The notes below the pieces were generated by a model. The model saw only the letters and a list, made by a program, of their open reading frames with translations, did no database searches and was not told where the DNA came from. This document shows positions 13,360 to 26,530 of a DNA stretch of 64,000 bases, in pieces. The translations under genes and the position numbers were made by a program. The DNA is taken from NCBI RefSeq assembly GCF_964204645.1, contig NC_134031.1:11782088-11846087 (forward strand), given 5' to 3'. How positions within the stretch are numbered: the stretch's first letter is position 1; each line of letters starts with the position of its first letter. This DNA comes from Tubulanus polymorphus (lineage: Eukaryota; Animalia; Nemertea).

Positions 13360-13997
13360 AGGGGAACTGCAGTGAAAATTTTTTGTATCTATATGTGTTA
13401 GAAACCTTTATAAATACATTGTCAAAACAGCAGAAAAACATTTCATCCAATACTTTATCCAAAAAGAGGGTTTTGTAGAGAGACTACTGCCACCATTTTC
13501 TCCACGTGGCAGACGCTTTTCTCTCGGCTGTGACGTAGTTCGGCCCACTTCGATATGTGTTACTGCTGTTATTCATAGTGTTTTCATCACTTAAAGTCCA
13601 ATAACAGTTCTAAACTGCAGCATAATCCCACATCAGCAATTATATGGATATCTTTCACACAGTGAATGGATAAATAAAAGTAAAAAAGTAAAAACCCCAC
13701 TGGCAGCCCAGCAGGAGTATTTTAATTGCAATTTTCAACAGATCTTCAATGAGTGCATCTATTTGTGTACACACTGGAGTGTGTGATGGGCCGGGATACG
13801 TCATCAATGTTTACATGCCTCACTTTGGAATTTAAATATGGCGGCTCTCATCTGCAGTAAAATCTGCTGGTAATAGTATAAAAATCGTTGTATACAAGTT
13901 AATTAGGAAGAATTGGAAATTTCAACTAGCATTATGCTAAACAACAACAAGAGTAGAAATTAATGGCCAATTATAATTTTTTGACTGCAGTTCCCCT
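13360..13997. mobile_element. Kolobok-like non-autonomous DNA transposon
   Basis: TTAA at 13356-13359 and 13998-14001; 14-bp perfect TIR AGGGGAACTGCAGT. Confidence 0.88.
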
Positions 13998-14598
13998 TTA
14001 AGTAATGGATGGATTGTTTGAATAAAATGATTAAATACATATGATCAGATTAATCCTAAACGAGGTTAAGCCACAATGCCATTGCTGAATGACTTACTAA
14101 GATACCTAGATACTGACTTATGAATAATCTTACACTCCTAGTTGCATAATTTTTTTGATGCAATTAATCACATTTAGTTCAAAATTCATGGGTGTAACTA
14201 TAGCTTATTTCAAACAGCGACAATCAATAGCGCAATAGTACATTGAAAGTGTAAATGTGTTGATCGTCAATCTATATCTTGAATAAAGTCAAGATAAGTT
14301 TGATTCTAAGAGTATTTGAATGTATAAGATGATTAGAAATACAACAGTTATTAAGTGATACGCACATAGGTAAAGTATGACTGTTTGCAATAACCTGAGC
14401 CGATGAGACAGACCTCAGTTGGCTAATACAAATGCGAGTTGCATAGCAAGAACAATTAATTTGTTGGTAACTGAAAATACACTATGACTAATGGAGATAT
14501 TGCAAATTAAAATAAGACGTAGCAAATAACATAGAATGAATTAAAGGTCGCATTGAGTGGCACACAGTTAGATTTGTTTAGATTTAAATCCATTCGGA

Positions 14599-15634
14599 TT
14601 ATGTTTGGTTGATGAAATGTTCCAAGAATAAAGTGTCATATTTATGCTGAATAATTTCGTCGCATATTAGTGGAAATTCGCGCATAAAGTTTGAGTCGAC
14701 GTTTGGCGGCAAATTTTCTAAACCCTGATCTTGTATAATATCAGACAAACGGTTCGCGTGCTTGAAGTTAGATTTTAATGCATCTAAGTCCGATTTGAGT
14801 TGATAGTTTTACCCCACGAGGTTATGAGTAGGCGAATCTGGCTGAAGAACGTTATTACGATGAATATTCATACATTCATTAATTTGCTCCTGTATATGCG
14901 TATGTTTTTGACTCCTCCCAGAAGTTGTTAAATTTCTGGAAACGTGATTCGAGTTCGCGCATTTCAATTTCATAATCGCATAACTCCAGTTTTGGTTGAA
15001 TATAATAATTGTCTATTGTTGCGTAGTCTGTTTTATCAACTTCTGTAAAAACATCAATGAAATTAAAGCAAAATTCACATTTTTCTGCGGCACCGATTGG
15101 ATCAGCTATTCTTTTCTCCAACTCAGATAGTTCAGCGTTTTCAGTTTGAACTGATGCACAGTTGGATTCTTTTTCGGTTGAAGAAATGCATTCTATATGA
15201 GTCGGATCTGTTTGTGCGGAAACAGTAGATTTTATTATTTCTGTTTGTGTGGCAGAAACAGAAAGTTGGCGACACTTAGCTTCGGAATAAAGATCGGTCT
15301 GAGTATTTGCTGCAACTAATGATGATTTCTCTTTCGGCTTTGGATCTTTTTGTTAGTCGCTTTGTTGCATTCGTTTCTTTAGAAATGCCTTCATTCGTTT
15401 TTGGTCATGCTTAATGGTATTCGGTGATTTTCTATTACGTATGCGTACCTTTTCATGAGTCTGTGGTGTATTTGTGTCGTTGTCGTCTTCCGAGTTGGCA
15501 CTAGCAGTTTCCAAATTCCAAGTTATATGCAGGGAAACTGAAGATCCTGTATTTTTCAGATCCCACATAGCTGGTTGTAGTGATATCGGCAAGCTTCGTA
15601 GTAGATCCTGGATGTTCTGGAGAATTGTAGCCAT
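14599..15634 (-). pseudogene. Decayed ~345-codon ORF of unknown function with four (T)QT motifs
   Basis: ORFs 15353-15640 and 14879-15121 are in one frame separated only by the TAA at 15353. The linker encodes NTQTD, ATQTE, SAQTD and SVQTE. After one frameshift near 14880 and one more stop, the reading continues to ...EHFINQT* at 14599. Confidence 0.65.
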
Positions 15635-16511
15635 TTTCAATATTGGGAGTCATTCGCAGTTGATGAGGTACCAAGTGATCTCAGTAAGAAAATATATCTT
15701 TACTGCCCGAGGCAACTAAATAACTAACTTACTAACTCAGTGTTACATTTTCAGCTATATATATATCTTAATATATATATATATATACTTGTTTTTCATA
15801 GGTGTGACAGATAGAACAGTTTAAGCACGACAGAGACAGTAAGAAAAAGACAATGAATGAGGTGCGACAGACAGATAAATAACAGGCTAATTAATATTTC
15901 ACAGACATGTAGCAACAAACTGTTCACAAAGAAAATATGAAATTTTAACTATAATACAGGATCTATTGAAATTATTAACGATTGTCGAGTCTTAAAATTC
16001 CCATCATCAATCATCGAAAATGTTATTCAAGAATGTTCTTATAAATGACAGTTTCATTAAAAGTTCACACTGACCGACATCAAGTCCATGTTAAGAAATT
16101 CTTCGTTAGTTCTTTTTACATCGGTAACTGTGACTACATTCATTTGCAAAGTTGTAGCTCAAGACCTGTTCTATGATTGGGGTGAGTTTCAAGATCATTG
16201 GTTTTTGTATATGGTCACTAAGGGGCTTGAATAGTGAAATAACTTAGTATTATATTGTACTTGTACCTAGGCATATTTTGTTACGACAATCATTTTCTGA
16301 ATTGTAGCTCATGACATCTATGACTGTGGTGAGTTTTAAGGTCATTGGTTTCTGTATATAGTCACCAAGGGTCGTTGAATATTGCAATTATCACATTATT
16401 TTCCCTTCGTTTCTAGTTATTACCTCATAGCTGATAATGTTCTCTAGAGAGAGGGTTTGAAATGTATATTTTAAGCTTATTATCTGTTTTCCACGTCAGA
16501 GTGTCACGATT

Positions 16512-17699
16512 TTTTGGCCAGCCATAGGCTGAGCCCATTACTTTACAAATGGAGCGAATTTAAATGACATGGTTTCCAGAGTGAAGGCGCTTTTGACTGT
16601 GCAACTGAGCATATAATCAATACAAATCATTCATAAGAGCATTATCCTTCTCCAACCCCTATGAAGCTGAATTTTGAAAAAGGGCCTCGTTAAAATTCAT
16701 GTGAGCTTTTTCGTGAATATCTGAACACAAAAATATTTTGTTTTAACTCATTGCCTGCCAAAAACGTACTGGTACGTTCGATATTTCATCACACAACACC
16801 AGTTAGTTTAATGCCTTTACTACTAAAACAAACTATCATCAGTCGTTCAATGCAGTGTGTTAGTGACGTCATCTGTTGAAATGGGGTCTGAACACGCATA
16901 AATGGGCATATTTTATGCAAAATAACCCCTCTGCACTGGTGATTGCTGCAGATTTTATAACTTTTAGAAGAAATGCTACTTATTTTTCACGACTGATGAA
17001 CAAAATAAAACAAATTTGATGATGATATAACCAATAGTTTTTGTTTTATGAATCTCTGAAAAACACAGAAATCATTTCCTGAAAAAATAGGCCTGGCAGG
17101 CAAATAGTTAAAAAGCCAATCAGAAAGCAAAGACTCCTCTGTGATTGGCTTAGCCGCCGAGATCAGCAGGTGTGCGGGTGTTCATGTTTGAACACATGGT
17201 ATCGTCTACCGTTTTACTTCCGGGTTTTATTTTAAGATGTTAAATTGTATTTCAAGATCGATATCTGTGAAATCTTAAGTTGACTTGAAAATATCATTGT
17301 CATTTATGCTAATTAGCCATGTGCTCAAACTACAAATTCAATCAAATTTTATTCTGCAAAAAATATCAAATCCAATTCAATTTTACTTTATTGCTCAAAT
17401 TAAACATCAAATCCAATTCAATTTTGTTTTATCGAGCAAATTTCAGAAAATTCAATTCTATTCCGCATTCAAATCAATAAGACCAAGGGAAAAGTTTTAT
17501 CTGAGGTATTTGTTCCTGCCAGGTCCAGTCGCTGTCTGTGCTACTTATGAAAACACAATGATATTGTGTAAATTATAGCGGGTATTGACTCTGAGCTGGG
17601 CCCATTGAATTTTGACAAATATAACCCATAGAATGCATCATTTGCCATATTTATGAAAAGCTGACAGGCTGGCCATAGTGCCCCTTGGGGCTCTCGTTC
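16512..17699 (+). mobile_element. HINE family 3, full-length copy
   Basis: 5' TTTT-GGCCAGCC and 3' GGCTGGCC subterminal inverted repeats, 3' hairpin GCCCCTTGGGGC, T-rich flanks, no TSD. Confidence 0.8.
16747..17107. mobile_element. piggyBac-like MITE nested in a HINE-3
   Basis: TTAA|CTCATTGCCTGCC...GGCAGGCAAATAG|TTAA. The empty site is visible in the paralogous HINE-3 at 24041-24070. Confidence 0.85.
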
Positions 17700-17733
17700 T
17701 TTTGTTTAACTCTGCCTACGCTGGTCTCATTGA

Positions 17734-18060
<327 letters not shown>

Positions 18061-18111
18061 TAAAAACAACAATCTTGCAAAAATAATTGTTAACATTTCA
18101 TTCCTATTTAT

Positions 18112-21029
18112 CTAATGGCATTGATAAAGACAGGATATACCCAAGTGTCCAGCGTGTAAACGTTCCTTCATGTCAGGCCGCATACTTTTAGGGATGACTA
18201 CGCGTTCGCCACGCGGTACCAGATCAGTCGATAGATCACCCTTCAGGTCAGGCCAACCTTTGATTATAGTTTGTTTCAGCACGGTTAGAGTCTCATCCAG
18301 CGCGGTGGCATCTTGAATCTGTTGCAAACGATCGGGTTTGATAGGTGAAAAGTTAATCAAATTCACAGATACGAGTTCACAATCAGGTTTCTCTGGAAGC
18401 GGAGCGCGGGATAACGCATCAGCTTTCGGAATTTGAGTCCCAGGTTTATACTGTAGCGAGAAAAGATGTTTTTGAGCACGAAGTAATAAGGCTTGCAGTC
18501 GTTTCGGAGCCTTATGTAACGGTTTAGTCACCATCGAGACGTGTGGCTTATGATCGGTCACTATCTGCACATCCCGTCCGTACGTATAATGGTGAAATTT
18601 TTCTAAACCATAGATAACTGCCAGCATCTCCTTTTCGATTTGAGCCCATCGGGTTTCCGTGTCCGACAACGCCTGACTTGCATACGCCACTGGACGACCT
18701 CGTTGAATCAGCACCGAACCAATTCCGTAGTCAGACGCATCATTTTCTATAAATCAAATTTTGATTAGGGTCATACATTGCTAATACCGGAGCTTCCGAT
18801 ATCAAATTTTTCACTTTTTCGAACGATTCGTTTTGAGACTGCGACCATACGAACGGCACATCCTTCTTTAACAGATTACGCAACGGAGAGGTCACAGAGT
18901 TAAGATTCGGAATAAAACGAGACAGGTAGTTAGCGATACCGAGAAAACGTCGGAGTTCTTCCACATTAGTGGGATTGTTCATGTTTTTCACCGCACAAGT
19001 CTTTCCGGATCATCAAGATTTCGATCATGAGTTTCGGTATCTTTTCCGTGTACAACAATGTCATCTGCTATACATTCTACTCCCTCTAAGCCATCGATAG
19101 CCTCGAGTATCTTTTTCTGAGAGATTTCCGATGATACCGATAAACCAAATGCTAGACGTCGCCATTTATATCTGCCAAATGGCGTCTGAAAAGTGGTAAG
19201 CAGACTGGACGGGTCATCTAACTCCACATGCCAGTATGCAGAGCTTACGTCTAATTTAGTAAATACCTTAGATCCAGCCATATTATGCAGTATGTCTTCC
19301 AACAGCGGCAGTTGCTAATGTTCACATTTCAGCGCTCGATTTAAGTTTCGAGGGTCTAAACAAATGCGTAACGAACCGTTTTTCTTTTCCGCCACAACCA
19401 TCTGATTAACCCACGGTGTAGGCTCATCGACTGGTTCAATGATTCCCTTTTCAGAAAGGCGTTTCAATTCATCTTTTACACAAGGACGAAGTGCTACCGA
19501 CGGAGAGACAACAGGCTCTACTGTTTCATCAACTTTCAAATGAACGGAACCAGACGGTTTGCCAAGTCTCCCATCAAAAATATCAGCATATTTATCCGTC
19601 ATTCCAACACTCGCTACACGTTCCATTAGGGTATTGTTAACCGTAACAAGTTTCATCCCCTCAGCCGCTTTGAGACCTAACAACGGTGATAGATCCTCTT
19701 TTATCACGACAAACTCAACCGAATAACGTTTCCGATTCTTAGGGTTGACTACGATAACTCTAGACACACCAACAGGTGTCACGACCTGATTATTGTATGT
19801 CTATAATTTACGAAAAGTAGGTTTCACGTCGCTGTGAATGGCATATCGCATTGGTAGAATATTTACAGCAGCTCCAGTATCAACCTGGAAGACGACCGGC
19901 TCTGTTCCAACAATCATGCGACAACGAACATCCGAAATGGAATTACAAATCGACGTTATACTATTAATCCACTCGCAGTGTTCAGAATCATCTGAACAAG
20001 AATTAGTATCGACCGCATTGACCTGTTTTGCTTTTAGGCATTTAGCCCCAAGCAGGACAGTCAGTCTTCCGCATAGGATGCTTCTGCGAACAGAACTTAC
20101 AATGTTTTGTTTCTGCACCGTCAGATCGAGTACTAGCGGGTTTCGAATTAGTTGCGCGTTTTGATTTCCATCGAGGCTTCGCAACAGAAGAAACCTAATT
20201 AACCGGATTGTTCCTGAAGGCCTTGCCTTAAATGCTGGCTGATTCGGCAGCCTTGTTAATATCAATGGCACAAGCCAAGGTTAAATTGCGCTCTTTCAGT
20301 AATGATCGCTGAGTTTCTCTATCTCTTATACCAAGAACAATTCTATCTCGGAGAATTGAATCCACGCTAGCTTCATGGTAGTTGCACGTTTTTACAAGCG
20401 CTCGAATTGCTGATAGGAAAGATTCAAAAGTTTCACCATCATTTTGGTCTCTTTTATTGAATATGAATCGTTCGTATGTTTCATTTGTTTCACCCACAGC
20501 AAAGCTTTCAAATTTCTGTAATATCTCTATCTCTGTTCGGTCGACTTCAGCAGTGGGGAAAGTAAAACCATTATATATCTTCAACAATTCATCGCCTAGC
20601 GTGTGAGGCAATAATGCGACCTTATACTCTTCAGTGCCTTGTATTGGGCGAGGATTATGATTACTTTTGTGATTTTCACCGTCCAACATAGTTTCATGTA
20701 AAGTGTTGCAATACCGGTAGATCAATATTTCGCAATATACTCGACTGCCAGCGCAGTGTCACAATCGAAGAATCGTAGTAGCGCACTCAACGAAATTACC
20801 ACCAGTTCAGAGTTCTGAGTTAGTTGCTGTACTCACTGTAGATAATCCCACCGCTGCCACCATGTTTCGTGTCGTCAGTGATGGGGGACAGACCCATAAA
20901 ACCAGAACTATAACGACTTCTTAGACGCAACGCGACTTTATTATTCAGCCATCTTAGAGTACAAACTAAAACAGAGACCAAGACTTTATCTATATCACGG
21001 AACAACGACTAGGGAGCTCATTCACAACA
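18112..21029 (-). mobile_element. Ty3/Gypsy (Mag-like) LTR retrotransposon, 3'-truncated and frameshifted
   Basis: gag (NETYERFIF..RDQ..GETFESF..LRDRIVLGIRD), protease FQVDTGA, RT LRICLDP and IADDIVV, RNase H DASDYG/EKEMLA/TDHKP, start of integrase LHAGHLG. Integrase core and 3' LTR are missing. Confidence 0.93.
20845..21029 (-). repeat. Gypsy 5' LTR (~167 bp, 20863-21029) plus tRNA-Leu primer binding site (20845-20862)
   Basis: TGTTGTG...GAAACA with internal AATAAA, followed at once by TGGTGGCAGCGGTGGGAT, complementary to the tRNA-Leu 3' end. Confidence 0.85.
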
Positions 21030-21409
21030 ACACTGGTATGGTCACCCGAATCGATATGATTAAACCACTAATTTTCTAAACTGGCATCATTCTTTCTTTT
21101 ATTGCCGTTTCTACAAAACATATATTACAAGGCACATTTACACTACAGATTTAACATTTAACTTGAGGTACAAAGGATAATACAAGCTAATATGTATATA
21201 TTTATATTATGTAAGTTACTCACAGAAGAATTTGGCAGCTTATTTCTCGTTTCGGGAACCATGATCCAAAGCTAAGTTATGAATGCCCGAATTACAGAGG
21301 GCGTGTACGCGCCAAAAACATGCAACAAAATAAATCTGTAACTGAATCGACGAATATAAAATAAACTAAATTTGATTGAAAATATTCCATCTACAAGTAT
21401 AAACTCAAC

Positions 21410-21962
21410 AACGGCTTTAGAAATGACACTACCAGATTCACTCCTTGTCGACTCTAAATAGGTTGAAACTCTATTTCTGATTTCGGAATGTTCATCACAT
21501 ATTTTCTCCATTTCAATATTAATTTGTGCTAACCTGTCTACGTCATTTGCACCATGATAGTAATCCCATATATGAGTTAAAGATTCATTCACCTTGGTAA
21601 GCGCACCATCGAAGTCCTTCAATGTTCTTTTCAACTGGTTTCTATCAGCTGGCCCATCGTCTGTGAATTTCCAATGCATCTATCAATTCAGTCTTTTGTC
21701 TATTAAATACGATTTTTGCCTTCGTTCTTTGAAGCTTCAGTGTCTCTATTGCTGCCATCCTAACCACAGTTCTTTTCTAACCACGCTCTGCTACCAAATA
21801 ATGTCCACAAGAGACCGAAAAAATAGGATGGAGCCGGATTTTAACTATACTTTTCTTTTATTCTGGCCAAGAACAGCCATTGTTATCTTCATCAATCCCC
21901 CAATCCTCAGTGACAACCAAAAAACAAACCAGGTGGCAGCACAAGCTTATGCCAAAATAACA
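21410..21962 (-). mobile_element. BEL/Pao-like LTR retrotransposon 5' remnant (LTR 21802-21962, iMet PBS 21781-21796, gag start 21758)
   Basis: TGTTA...GGACA LTR with AATAAA; PBS TGGTAGCAGAGCGTGG; ATG then MAAIETLKLQRTKAKIVFNRQK, then a frameshift into helical ORF 21272-21679. The superfamily is assigned from gag N-terminus style only. Confidence 0.6.
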
Positions 21963-21982
21963 ACTTAATATTCTCTTCAGAA

Positions 21983-23845
21983 CAAGACACATCTTCAGCC
22001 CGAAAACTGGCCCTATCAGAATCAAGATGGCCGACTGGCAGCCATTGTTCGTCAAAATTAGCACTATTTACACTTTCTGAACTTTTTGAGGGAAATTTTG
22101 ATTGAAGATGCTTAGATCAATTACCATGATCAGCACACATTATTATTACACGACTTGGATGACGCAGGCTGGGCTGGGATTCACAAACAAGTTTACGGTT
22201 TCAGGACGCTTTTATGGTCCAGTACTGGATAAAAATATCTCTACCCACAGAAATATCTGCGATGTCTATATCAGACATTCCCTCTGCGAGGTTTTTACAA
22301 GGAGGGGAATGACTTAAAGGATGATGAATGCTCGCTGCTCCACAGCTGCCACCTACACTCATTTGTAGGTGAATAACAGCCTGTTGTATTCCATATCAGA
22401 TTTATTTCCTGAAACGGAAACCAGACCTGGTGGTCAGAAGTGGCTGTCGATTTCTGTATTTCACACCAGCGGGGTCTGTGGATGTGACACGACTCTTGAC
22501 AGCGACGACGAGATCTCTCCACTGTTACAACCACTGAAGAAATAATGATAAATATTTTGTGAACATCTGAGAAAATACAACACACTTTATTTCTTCAGAT
22601 ACACATTACAATGGCGGATTATGAACTCATAACCCGCCAAAAGTATGACAAGGAGGCGCCACAAGACAACCACCTAAAACAGCAATCCAACTAATAGATA
22701 GAACTACTAAAATTTGGATTAGGACTGCCTATCACAGGTGGGAAAAAGTTTTTCCACATTAAATCGATACCTAAGCATATTGTGTAACCACAATCGAATG
22801 GAAAGTTGTAGCCCATAACTTGTTCTATGATTTTGGTGAGTTTCAAGGTCATTGGTTTTATATATGGCCACCAGGGGGTGAATAACACAAAAACTTAGTA
22901 TTTCGATATTATATTTGTACCTATGCATATTTTGTTACCACAATCACTTGCAAAGTTGTAGCTCATGACATTGTCTTTGATTGTGGTGAGTTTTAAGGAC
23001 ATAAGTTACTCTATATGGTCACCAGGGGGCGTTGAATAGTAGAATAACTTAGTATTTCCTTATTAGATTGGTACCTAGGCATATTTTGTTGCCACGATGA
23101 ATTGCAAAGTTGTAGTTCATGACATGTTCTATGATTGTGGTGAGTTTCAAGGTCATTGGGTTTTGCATATGGTCACCAGGGGGCGTTGAGTATTGAAATT
23201 GTTAGATTGTTGAGCATTTGAAACCACTTCCCAAGTGGGTATGGTGTCCCTGGACCCCTAGTTTATTATTATTAGCACTGTCAGAAGATGCATCTCCTCA
23301 CATGGAATTGGAATTACCCAATTCTTTGTTCATGCCACCAGAGGGAGTTAAATATTAAGTACAATTTGTCTATTTATATCGTTACCTATGCATGTTTTGT
23401 TACCACCATTAATTGCAAAGTTGTAGCTCATCACATGTTTCATGATTGTGGTGGTGTTTCAAGGTCATTGGTTTTGCATATTGTCACCAGTGGGCGTTGA
23501 AGAGTAGAATAACATAGTATTTCCATTTTTGGTATATTGGTACCGCAGTATCTCAATCACTTGCAAAATTGTAGCTCCTGACATGTTCTTTGATTGTAGT
23601 GAGTATCAGGGTCATTGGATTTTGATAAATATGACCAGGGAGCGTTGAGTATTGAAATTTTAGATTGTTGAACATTTGAAACCGCTTGCCAAGTTTGCAT
23701 GGTGTCCGTGGATCACTAGTCTAGTTAGTGGTGAGTTTCATTGGTTTCAGTATATGTTCAATGGGTGGCATTGAATATTGAAATTGTCACATGACTGAGC
23801 ATTTCAAACCACTTACCAGCTGGGCATGGTGTCCCTGGACCCCTA
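21983..23845 (+). mobile_element. HINE family 1 copies with ~152-155-bp internal tandem repeats
   Basis: Reverse-complement homology to 43672-45071. 3' ends GTCCCTGGACCCCTAGTT at ~23262 and degenerate ends at ~23720 and ~23845. Interrupted by unrelated DNA at ~22140-22730. Confidence 0.75.
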
Positions 23846-23971
23846 TTTGAAGTTTTCAAGAGAAATTTTGAAGACATCTCAATCAATTTTCTTGATCTTG
23901 TATGTATGTATGTTTCCATCCCACATGGCACATTAGCATGAGAAAAGTTGGTTTCATTGGACACAAGACAT

Positions 23972-24652
23972 TTAGCTGAATTTTGAAGGAGGGCCTCGTT
24001 AAAATTTATATGAGCTTTTTCGCGAATATCTGATCGCAAAAATATTGGTTTTGAAAAGCCAATCAGAAAGCAAAGACTCCTCTATGATTGGCTTAGCCGC
24101 AGAAATCAGCAGGTGTTCACGTGAACCCGCGGTATCGTCTACCGTTTACTTCCCGGTTTTATTTTTAGATCTAAAATTTTGTTTCAAGGAAAGCTTTAGT
24201 TGATTTGGTTTTTGGGAGGAATATTTTTATAAGCACTACAGAAAATATCATTGACCATTGTGCAAAGTCTGGAAAAAATAGCTTTTTCGGATAGATGACC
24301 TCGATATGCTTATTAGCCATGTGCTCAAACTACAAATTCAATCAAATTTTATTCTGCAAAAAAATATCAAATCCAATTCAATTTTGTTTTATTGAGCAAA
24401 TTTCAGAAAATTCAATTCTATTCCGCATTAAAATCAATAAGACCAAAGGGAAAATATTGATCTGAGGTATTTGTTCCTGCCAGATCCAGTCGCTGTGCTA
24501 CTTTTGTTATCTCCGATTGTATTTTGTAAATTATTAGGTATTGACTCTCAGCTGGGAGTGTATTTTGACGAATTTAACCCACAGAATGCATCATCATTTG
24601 CCATTTTATGAAAAGCTGACAGGTTGGCCATAGTGCCCCTTGGGGCTCTAGT
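23972..24652 (+). mobile_element. HINE family 3 copy (5'-truncated)
   Basis: Homologous to 16665-17699; same 3' hairpin end. Confidence 0.8.
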
Positions 24653-25197
24653 AATGAAACTAATATTGATAATGATAATGATACAACATATAATTCTAAT
24701 TTAGCAGATAGTGGTTCTAAAGAACCGTCCACAGACGAGTTTGATAGAAGAACTAAATCGAGAATAAATCCTGAAAATGATAATCCAGATTTAGTTAAAC
24801 AAAATTTAGAATATAATGAATATATTTATCATTTCAAACCTATATTGATGTTTGTTTATTGTCCGCATTGCCATTAGACACATCTCCGTACATGGAATAA
24901 GGATTACCTGGTTTTTGTTCTCTCTATGATGGGGAGGTAAATGCTGACTTGTTTTCTTGGTATTTAGCTCGACTATTAAGCTTCATAGGCTGCTCAAACA
25001 TCCACAGATATTTCCATATAGAGCAATGATACCAATCAATTATTATTAATTGACTTATTTTCAGGTAATAACTGATGAGATTCCAAATAACTTCATTGCA
25101 AATAAGAAATTTTAATTCAGATCTGGGTTTGGGACGGTCTAGAAAAAGTAATTGTACTTATTCTAGTTCTTATTGATATCAATACTTTCGATTTCAG

Positions 25198-25397
25198 CAA
25201 CTAAATGACTCAAGTGTCATCATCAGCTTACTGTCAACACACTTAAGACATCCTGATGTGAGCATTGAAAAGTTAGTCACATATTATCCTACTTTAAAAT
25301 CAATGAATGATAAAGGAAAAACAGTATTTGAACATCCAAATAAGTACTTCGTCATGAACTTTTCTGACCTTCCTGAAGAAAAAATGAAAGCTGGCAA
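25198..25397 (+). CDS. PTGES2: Prostaglandin E synthase 2, coding exon
   Basis: tttcag| QLNDSSVIISLLSTHL...YYPTLKSMNDKGKTVFEHPNKYFVM...AG(K) |gtaagt; phase 0/2. Not in the ORF track. Confidence 0.95.
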
Positions 25398-25930
25398 GTA
25401 AGTACAGTTGCTACTATAGATGGATCACCTGCTGTACCTGGGTTTAGATACCTATGTCCACACTCTGGAAACCATGTCATTTAAATTTGCTCCATTTGCA
25501 TAGTAGTAGGCTCACTGGCCTAAACTAGAAAACTTCAAACATGTGGTCGGTTTGTTATACGGAAAAAATGCCACCGGTTACAATTCCACTGGCAAAAATA
25601 CCACCGGTAAAAATGCCACCAACAATTTTTAACAAAATTTTTTCAACCGTTAAAAATGAACAAATGATGATAATAAAATTCCACAGTTTATGTTCAGACA
25701 TTTCCTACCCAGATTATATACACGTTCGAAATTTGATTACTACTTTATTACTGAGCATGAATTTTGTTTTAACTAGGAATAGACTAATAATAATATGTTA
25801 TTAATAATAAGAAATTAAAGGTGAGTGAGGGTTCGGAGTTAGGGTTAAGGTCGAAATTGCGTTGAAACTTGATTACAGCAAACTGATTATAGATTGATAA
25901 TGGAAATATTGAATCTAAATATAGCCGGTT

Positions 25931-26530
25931 TATAGCTGCAAAGCAGCGATAGCTGGTTTTCTGCTCATCCTCATTTGTATTCTTGATCTTGTCTGAATAC
26001 TGTCGACGATCGCGTGTACGCTGATGATGCGGCACCATGCCATAAAAATCGAAGGGAAGTTAGAATCCTGTTCAACTGTCAAAACCGTTTTATAAAACGA
26101 TGGTTGACAAACAGTCAATGAGACTACTTTGAAACCATGGATGACTGGACTAAATGGTTATTTGACTCGACAAAAATCGACTGTTAGGCCTCAATTAGTC
26201 TTTATGGATTTCAAAAAAGCATTTGATAAGGTCCAACATCAGCGATTACTAAATAAGCTATTTGGAAAAGGTATCAATGATTGGTCGCTTAAATGGCTCA
26301 GCAAATACTCTGAACGAAAACAGGTGGCTGAAATCATCTTGAAATCATCTCATCTTGGAATAAATCGGTCTAACTAGTGGAATCAAGCAAGGTAGTATCC
26401 TAAGTCGTCTTCTCTTCGCTCTCCTGATAGATGATATAAGAGTAATTCAAAACGTACCGGATATTTACTGTATATTTCCAAAACGACCTAATTCAAAATG
26501 TACCGGACAGAGTCTATTTCTAAAACGACC
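25931..26530 (-). mobile_element. HINE family 2 3' part carrying a degenerate LINE (CR1/L2-like) RT fragment on the + strand
   Basis: 3' end ATCGCTGC-TTT-GCAGCTATA on the minus strand; VFMDFKKAFDKVQHQRLLNKL...KQGSILS motifs; homologous to 40323-40785 and 42994-43332. Confidence 0.7.

Larger units (their letters stand above)
13084..15755 (-). mobile_element. Unclassified (TA)n-bounded element with a single non-RT ORF
   Basis: (TA)n tracts at 13073-13083 and 15756-15787. Its 3' segment 13155-13272 recurs at 15846-15958, just beyond the right (TA)n tract, implying a second head-to-tail copy. Confidence 0.55.

Noticed and set aside
13782-13795. 14-bp match to the start of the Gypsy LTR at 59947 (TGTGATGGGCCGGG)
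   Set aside because: The similarity does not extend; probably chance.
22140-22730. Coding-like insert inside a HINE-1
   Set aside because: Stops in all frames examined and no motif I recognise; cannot be assigned.
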